57,695 nucleotides of DNA from Chiloscyllium plagiosum (Eukaryota). The translations under genes were made by a program, and so were the position numbers. A model generated the notes under the pieces. It ran no database searches. It was not told the origin of the DNA and saw only the letters and a program-made list of their open reading frames with translations. Below are positions 49,969 through 57,695 of the stretch, in pieces. Where the stretch lies: NCBI RefSeq assembly GCF_004010195.1, contig NC_057718.1, forward strand, positions 75,620,011-75,677,705, in the 5' to 3' direction. How positions within the stretch are numbered: the first letter of the stretch is position 1; each line of letters opens with the position of its first letter.

Positions 49969-51607
49969 ACCACGCTGTGTATTTTGTGTAATATCTTGAT
50001 GTTATTTTTAGCTCATCCCTCCATGCTTGAGAAAATCACAGTGTTTCGCTGTTGCCCTGGGTGATATCAATTAACCAAGCACAAACAAAAGACCCAATTT
50101 TGCTCCTCCTGATGTGTGTTATACAGTGCCACAGAGTATTGTTCACTCACCCACTAAATTATCAGGTCTTCTATGCATTTTGTTAAATGTAACACAGTAC
50201 CTTGATTTATATAAAGACAAGGTAAAGAGACTGGAATAAATGTCCCACTTTATCAGTTCAGATAAAAACTACAGACAAACAAGCCAGCATCAGTGGCTTG
50301 TTATGAATGGAGTAACCGCTTTCTGGTAACCATCACTTTGAACTGCCACTGTGAATAAATCTAACTGAAGTACCCAAATATCAAAGAAGATCAGTTAACA
50401 TCTGAAGAACTGGGATCTGGCTCTAGTGCACTCTCTGCCACAAGTTCTAAAACACAAGAAGTCTGAAGCATTTTGAGTTGCTCAGTTGAATCTGTAATTG
50501 GGAGCGATTCGGAAATTGAAGTAGCTGGGAACTAAAAGCTGCCTCTGGCAAATGCTGCTAATAAGATGAGCAGGGTCCCACTAGCTGACGTGTAAAAGAG
50601 ATTTACAACTGATCGTCAGGATCAGATTATTTCCTGAACAGAGAGTGCTTCATTTTCACGTTGTCATTTTCGTCACCCTGTTGTAATTGTGAGCTCAGGA
50701 ACGATTTATCCCAAATTGGCCTTCTTGAGTTTGGCAAGGGCAATTTTGAAGGGAGGAAGATTGCTTAGTCCATCCCATCCACATCTCCACCCAACCTTAA
50801 GAGATTCAGCTACTACTTACTTTGGAAGTCGTTTGGTGTGAGCCATTCTGATCCTGTTGACAGAGACCTGCAGCTGCAATTATTTTCCCCTTCAACAAAT
50901 GTTTTGGAAATTTCTATTGAAATAACATCACCAGATCTAAAACTACCAAGAATCAGAGGCTCCGTTACTGAAAGTGAAGGATCCAGCATAAGTAAATGCA
51001 TTTATTAAGCATGCATTTGCAAATTGAATTAATACTTTTTATCATTTTTGCAACACACCAAATTAATGGGAACAAAGGTAAGTTGATTATGAAATGTTGG
51101 ATTTGCTAATTCTATTGTACAAAATATTTCAATGGACGATGACTTAAGAAAGATCAGTATTCTATTTATAGCGTGACTTAAAGGAGTTAGGAAGCATTAT
51201 AACGGTATAAGAATTTTCTCTTCTTTTGTCTAAAGTCTCCAGGAGCTACAATATGCAATTTCCTTCCCAATACCCTTTTAGCCCTTATTTCACTTGCTGA
51301 AAGAGAGGTATATACATTCTTTGGACCATGAACAACTACTTCACCTGAAGAAAACTAGACCAGGACAACAGAAACTTGCATTCAAATGAGATAAATTCTC
51401 AACTAATCTGTGGAAACAATGGGCTATGATTTCATGGAAAATGAGCAATGCACACTATTATTAATATGTGAATTCTCCACAAGTTAGTGAGGAGGAGAAA
51501 TCCAGTGAAATGTAATTCACCACAAGATGCTGGAAGATTTACTTTATTCCATGACTGGCTTTGCAAATGCATTATCCTGTGATTAGCCCCAACATGAATT
51601 GCATGAA

Positions 51608-51902
51608 CAAGGGGGCATAGGTTTAGGGTAGAGGGGAAAGATTTTAAAGGGACCTAAGGGGCAACTTTTCACACAAAGGGTGATGAATGTATGGAATCAG
51701 CTGCCAGAGGAAGTGGCGGAGACTGGTACAATTATAACATTTAAAAGGCATCTGGATGGGTATATAAATAGGAAGAGTTTAGATGAATGTGGGCCAAATG
51801 CTGCTAAATGGAACTACATTTATCTAGGATATCTGGTCAGCATGGACAAGTTGGACTGGAGGGTCTGTTTCCATACTGTACATCTCTATCTCTATCTATC
51901 TA
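51608..51902 (+). mobile_element. CR1 (HER1-like) 3' end
   Basis: NVWNQLPEEVAETGTIITFKRHLDGY; tail ctctatctctatctatc. Confidence 0.9.
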
Positions 51903-52719
51903 AATTGCTGCAGTATTGCACTAACTTACCTTAGAAAATGAATTTAATAATTAACAGCATGTGCATGTTTTCATGTGATAATTGTTGCTGATTGCCCACT
52001 AATCTCTGCTTGGCAGAAAGTGAATAATTAAAGGTGTGGAGTCTCAGTGCTTTAGTTGCCTTTGTCTTGTTATTATCAGCTCAAACTTACAGCAATTTAC
52101 ACAGTAAAATCAATTTGATCTGAATGGTGCAGTAAAAACATCTTCTGGTGCACAGTATGAGGCAGTCTGCTCCAGTAAATATTTCAAAGAACAATGTTGC
52201 CTGGGGAGGTGGTAGAATCCATATTAATTTATCCAAATGCAAGTTAGGTAGTTGCCTTCAGAAATTACCATGGGTATGGGAGATATTGGGAGAAACAGGT
52301 AATTGGACCTACAATTTCTAGAACTTACCTATTATCACCATCAGGATTTTCCTCATCTCAAAGCTGAGTCTGTTATAAACTAATTGATATATATTTATGC
52401 TAGAATTATTTATTGTTGTACTGTCTACCTAACTGAATGACAGAAAGCGAAAATAGATGAAGATAGTTGGCATTTTTTTTTAGCAATTCCTACGGTCTTA
52501 ATTCTTCCTTTGAGTTTAAATCCTTTGCCTGGACAGCCTTCCCACAGCAGCACAGCTAAGATGAGAAGTTCTAGATGTGAAGTGGACAATGGTACTCACA
52601 GGTGCTCCAACAAGCTGCTTCATTTCGCTGTTTTGTATCTGGAATTCTTACTGCTGCCAGTTGTGAGTGATGTTTATAGTCCATTAAGTAATTGCAAGGA
52701 TGTTTCTTTTTCTATTTTT

Positions 52720-53960
52720 TAACTAATTCATAGGATGCACGTGTCATTTTCTTGACCAGTATTTATTGCCCATATTTAATTGCCCTTGAAAACATTGTAT
52801 TGCATTGCCTTCTTTAGCCAATGCAGTACATGCAAGGTACATACACTTTACAGGGCTGTTAGGAAGGAAGTTCCAAGATTTTGACCCAGTGACAGTGAAG
52901 GAACTCAATATATTTCCAAGTCAGGAAGATATGTGGCTTGAAGGGGAACTTGGAGATGATGGTGGTGTTCCTTTGCATCTGCTGCACTTGACATTCTAAA
53001 TGGTAGAGATTGCAGCTTTGGTGTGCTGCTACAGTGCATCTTGTAAATGGAGGACACTGTGCATTGTTGAAGGTGCTGGATGGAGTGCTAATTAAGGCTT
53101 TACTTTGTCCTGGACGTGTTGAGCTTGTTGACTGTTGTTGGAACTGCACCTGTCCAGGCATATGGAGAACATTTCATCACACTCCTGATTTATGCATTGC
53201 AGTTGGAGGACAGATATTGGGGAGTCAGGAGATGAGTTATTCACCACAGAATTCATACCTTCTTGCCTGCTTTTGGAGCCAAATTATTTATATGGCTGAT
53301 GCAGTTACGTTTCTGGTCAATGGTCATGCAATGGATGTTAAGAGTGAAAGATTCAGCAATGATAATGCAGTTAATTATTAAGGATAGATTGATAGATTCT
53401 CTTTTGCCCAAATGGTCATTGTCTGGCAGTTCAGCGGTCTGTATAATAACTGCCACTGATTAGTCCAAGCCTGTTGTCCATGTCTTGTTCCTTAATGGAA
53501 ACAGATTGATTCAATATCTGAGGAGCAACAAATGATGCTTAAAATTGTACAGTCATATATGAACAGCACCCTTACTATGGAAGCCAGGTCATTGGTAAAG
53601 ATGTTTGGGCTAGAGCATTACCGTGAGGAGCTCCTACAGTGATGTCCCAGTAAGACGAATGACCTCCAACAATCAGAGTCATCTTCTTTGCTTTAGCAGA
53701 TGGGGAGCATTCCTCTTGATTCTCATTGACTCCAGTTTTGCTAAGGTTCTTTGATGCCACACTCTGTCAAATGCTACCTTGATGTCAAGGCAGTCACTCT
53801 GACCTCACATATTGAGTTCAGCTTCTTTATCCCTGTTTGGAACAAGTCAAAAATTAGATGAGGAGTTAGCTTGGTAGAACCCGAACTGAGTGCCAGTGGA
53901 TAGGTAATTGTTGGTTAAGTATCTTGACACAGTATTTTGTCAAATGTTGCCTTAATTTCA
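52720..53960 (-). mobile_element. Old CR1/L2-type LINE 3' ~1.2 kb
   Basis: Tail complementary to 10590-10748; RT remnants (ccttgatgtcaaggc ~ ALDIK; ggagctcc; HWVKILELP). Confidence 0.7.
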
Positions 53961-54068
53961 AAGGAATTCACTGTCACAAACCTCTGGAATTCAAAACAAA
54001 ACAGTAAGTGCCTCAACATATTACACAGGAACTGGGGAAAATAAAAGAATGCTATTAAGCAGAATAGG

Positions 54069-54185
54069 ACTGAAAATGTGTTACTAGAAAAGCGCAGCAG
54101 GTCAGGCAGCATCCAAGGAGCAGGAGAATCGACGTTGCGGGCATGAGCCCTTCTTCAGCCCTTCCTGAAGGGCTGTGCCCCAATG
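54069..54185 (-). mobile_element. Mini-Penelope terminal fragment
   Basis: Near-identical to 21220-21315, plus a short inverted piece cctgaagggctgtgccc. Confidence 0.85.
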
Positions 54186-54789
54186 TGGTGATCTTTAAGA
54201 TGAGAAGGATACTTAATTTGCAGATTTCCTCAAAATCTGCCACCTTCTTGGCTCTGTTTATTTGGCTCCTGTCTTTGTCAGTCATAACAAATATCTTTAT
54301 TTCTTTTAACAGTTGGGAACCCCATTTCCGTTAAATAAGCAATTAAGAAAATCAAAATGATTTTATTTGACTTGACTTGCATTTATTAGTGTCACAGGTA
54401 TTGAGACACAGTGAAAAGTATTGGTTTGCATGCTATCCAGGTAAATCATTGAAGTTTTCTTGAGGGAAAGAAAGACAAATTTTATTATCTACCAATACAG
54501 AAACAATAAGAAAATTATAAGATCAAACACAGAGATAATAAATTAAAAAGGGAGTTCTTTGTACAGACTGAAAGAATAAAGCTTATACAGTTTGAAAGTA
54601 CCGAGAGCCTTTAAGGTCTTAGATTTTTAACTGTGATCACTTTTTAATTGTTGACTGGTAAATTCAGGTCCTTCCAGAATTTGTACACATTTTTCTCAGT
54701 GTACGTATCTGAGCTGTCAATGAATGGTCTTCTTTCCAATTTGCTTTGTCATCAGGCACTGTTTTTGAGAGCCTGAGATAATTTATTAC

Positions 54790-55115
54790 AGTGAATAGAG
54801 AGAAACCACTTCCTATGGGGGGGAGGAGTACAGAACAAGAGGTCGTAAACCAAATGTTAGAGCTACACTGTTCAGAGTTGATAGCAGCAAAATTTATTCA
54901 CACAAAGGTGCATGTATTTTGAGAATATTTTTCCCCAAAAAGTTGATGCGTCCAGATCAATTGAGACTTTCAAGATTGTGGCTGAAATATCTTTTATTAG
55001 GAAAGGATTTGAGGAATTTGTCACCAAGTAGATATACAGACTATAGATACACATCGGCCATAAACAGCAAAACACCCTGGAGCGATTGAATGGCTTTCAC
55101 CAGTACCTATATTCC
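54790..55115 (+). mobile_element. Old CR1 3' remnant
   Basis: gagaaaccacttcct…agaacaagaggtc…ttattcacacaaagg…ttcaagattg…gaatggc. Confidence 0.55.
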
Positions 55116-57267
55116 ACATGAAGTACAGATAGCATGAGATTGCCTGCAATGGTGGAGTCACAAACTGCATCTAAATAAAGAAAAACATTCCAAAGTTAAT
55201 ATTTTATTGTTACAAGCACTTCCAATTTATGTTGACGTAAAATTTGCACTATAACTGGTCCCTGATATTTTGTTGGAGCTACTTCTTGTTTGGCGACTGT
55301 AAATAATTCTGTGCTACTTATTTTTGTTTCAGTTAAACATGATTTATTCTGTCAAACCTGTGAATGTTGCTCACTTTACTTCATTATGGAGTAAAACAAT
55401 GGCTTTCTGTTGGACTTGGTAAATGATATTAATTTATCTTGACTAATTGCTTGCAGAACACAGTTGATGTGATGCTTGTTGACAAAATAGAGGCTTATTG
55501 CATTAGTTTCTCTAATGGTTTTAGCGAGACTTGATTATGCATAAATAATCATGGTTCAGAAGGCAGGACAGCTGCTGTCTCCATAGAGCTGGATAGATTC
55601 TTGTTTATAGCTAAACCTCTGATAATTTGTTGCACATAATTGATAATTTTGACAAAAAGAAAACTCTGATTATCCTCTCTTCCAACATAAGATAATAGAA
55701 TGAACAAAGTGTTTTTATAAAAAAATATTTTTATATAAAATAACTGAAACCTGCGGTAAGATTTTGAAATGTCCAGAATCTACAAGATAGAAATTGACAC
55801 ACTTTCTGTTACTTGCTGTTCTAATTTGTTCAAAATGTTCTAACTAAATTATTAGCCTGTGACATCTAGACTTTTATTCATCCATCATTCGCCAACCCTG
55901 GGAATCAGACAATTTCTCTCATTCCAATGTAATTATGGTTGAACTTCATGGCTCTGATGGGAGTAGGAACAAAAGTATAAACTCAAACTACTTACTGGTT
56001 TACCACTTTCCCAATAATAACCTGTCCAGAGGCTATTAGTGAGTGGGTAAGATAGGGCCACCCAGCAGCAGGCAGTATATAGCCAATCGATTTTGCTAAA
56101 GCCCTATTAAGGCCTAAGATTGGATTTTCCAGTGAGCCTCCAGGTTCCCCAGAGGAGTCAGGGAACAATGTAGCTGCTGAATGGAGCCTCCTTTAAGGCA
56201 TTTGGATGGTAGCTGGGGTGAAGGAGTGGGATGTTAGGGGGAACAATGCTACAGGAGGGTTTTGAGAACCTTCCTCTCTAGAATATCTGTCTAATTAATC
56301 ATGGCTTTAATTTAAAATTTAAAAAGTTGAAAAATGCACCTTCAAATTGAGTTTTTACTCACTTCCCTCCAATGCATTCCATTGCTTTTTCTGAGCTGGA
56401 GACGTTTAATTGCTCCTCATTTTGTAAACCACTTTCTTGCTCAATGTTTGAAGAAAACTAAGATACACACACTGTAAGTTTCTAATCTCACTTTGAATCT
56501 GCCTGCATAGCAAATCCTAACCTAAACTCTGAAATGTGACACATTTTGGGATGTTGTGAGGTTGTAAAACCAATCTATATTCATGGCAGAAGTCAGTGGT
56601 CTTTGCCAAGGTGAGTTTGAGGCAGGAGAGAGAAGCATTTAATCATGGATTGGAACTCTATCGTCTTCCTGCCTCTGGTCGAATTAAGTCTAGGAAAGGA
56701 AGGTTTAAGGACTGCTTTCCCATTCTGATGTCAAATGATGCCCTTAAATGGACATTTAACAAGGATTACATCCAGCCACCAATCAATCAGCAGCAGGAAG
56801 TTGCAACACCGGAAAACTGAGAAACCAACCATCAAATTTGCCTTCAGGTTCTTGGGGAAAATCTCTTGTTCAAATACATTCAGTGCCTGATCAAGGAACC
56901 AGGCATCAGGAAACAAGGACCCTATTGAGAATCACATCCCTGCCCTTTTATTCGAGCTGCTTGACCTCGCCAGTGACCCACCAAACCCCATATGCCCTCA
57001 CTCAACTCCAACCATTACACCAGGTGAATGCATTGGGGACAGTTACCTGTGCTGGTGCTACAATAGGATGGAAAGGCCTACCAGTGCCCACCTAAGTGGC
57101 TGACTGGACTGTTCTGGCAGTGACAACCAGACTATGTATAGAAGTCTCTAGAAGAAGACGTTCACTCATAACCTATGATTTACAGGCATTGAGTACTACA
57201 ACTGAGCTATAGCTGACACATTACATAACCTGTGTAAAAGCTTTAGAAAGTAATGTTCAACTTCGCT

Positions 57268-57695
57268 GTCATAGTTATAGAGTCATAGAGATGTACAGCA
57301 TGGAAACAGACCCTTCGGTCCAACCCAACCATGCCGACCAGATATCCCAACCCAATCTAGTCCCACCTGCCAGCACCCGGCCCATATCCCTCCAAACCCT
57401 TTCTATTCATATGCCCATTCAGATGCCTTTTAAATGTTGCAATTGTANNNNCCATGCCGACCAGATATCCCAACCCAATCTAGTCCCACCTGCCAGCACC
57501 CGGCCCATATCCCTCCAAACCCTTCCTATTCATATACCCATCCAAATGCCTCTTAAGTGTTGCAATTGTACCAGCCTCCACCACTTCCCCTGGCAGCTCA
57601 TTCTATACACATACCACCCTCTGCGTGAAAAAGTTGTCCCTTAGGTCTCTTTTATATCTTTCCCCTCTCACCCTAAACCTATGCCCTCTAGTTCT
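57268..57695 (-). mobile_element. CR1 (HER1-like) 3' end, runs off the window
   Basis: Tandem tail gtcatagttatagagtcatagag plus conserved 3' region; ~120 bp repeated across NNNN (57448-57451). Confidence 0.9.

Noticed and set aside
57329..57570. ~120-bp tandem duplication in CR1
   Set aside because: It straddles a 4-N gap, so it is most likely unmerged contig overlap or two haplotypes/paralogs.

Overview
Repeat-dense eukaryotic DNA, almost certainly from a cartilaginous fish (shark). It carries HE1-type V-SINEs, HER1/CR1 LINE tails ending in (CTCTATGA)n, Penelope-like elements, Tx1, Rex1/Babar, RTE and Gypsy remnants, and a DeuSINE. I find no intact host protein-coding gene. The only recognisable cellular sequence is a 5'-truncated, frameshifted processed pseudogene of PDHA1 (~435-670, minus strand). 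The most unusual structure is a ~6 kb, 37-bp minisatellite (11985-18085) that sits inside an old Penelope element and holds at least four young, co-oriented Tx1 3'-end copies. Both visible Tx1/array junctions fall at about the same GGGAT position of the repeat unit, which makes this a candidate minisatellite-targeting Tx1 family. Also notable: palindromic mini-Penelope insertions with hammerhead-like motifs, and a TSD-flanked, internally deleted LTR element whose pol ends right after RNase H (Gmr1-like), nested inside another LTR. Family calls come from motif recognition by eye, with no database search, and boundaries of old repeats are approximate. Three assembly gaps limit interpretation.
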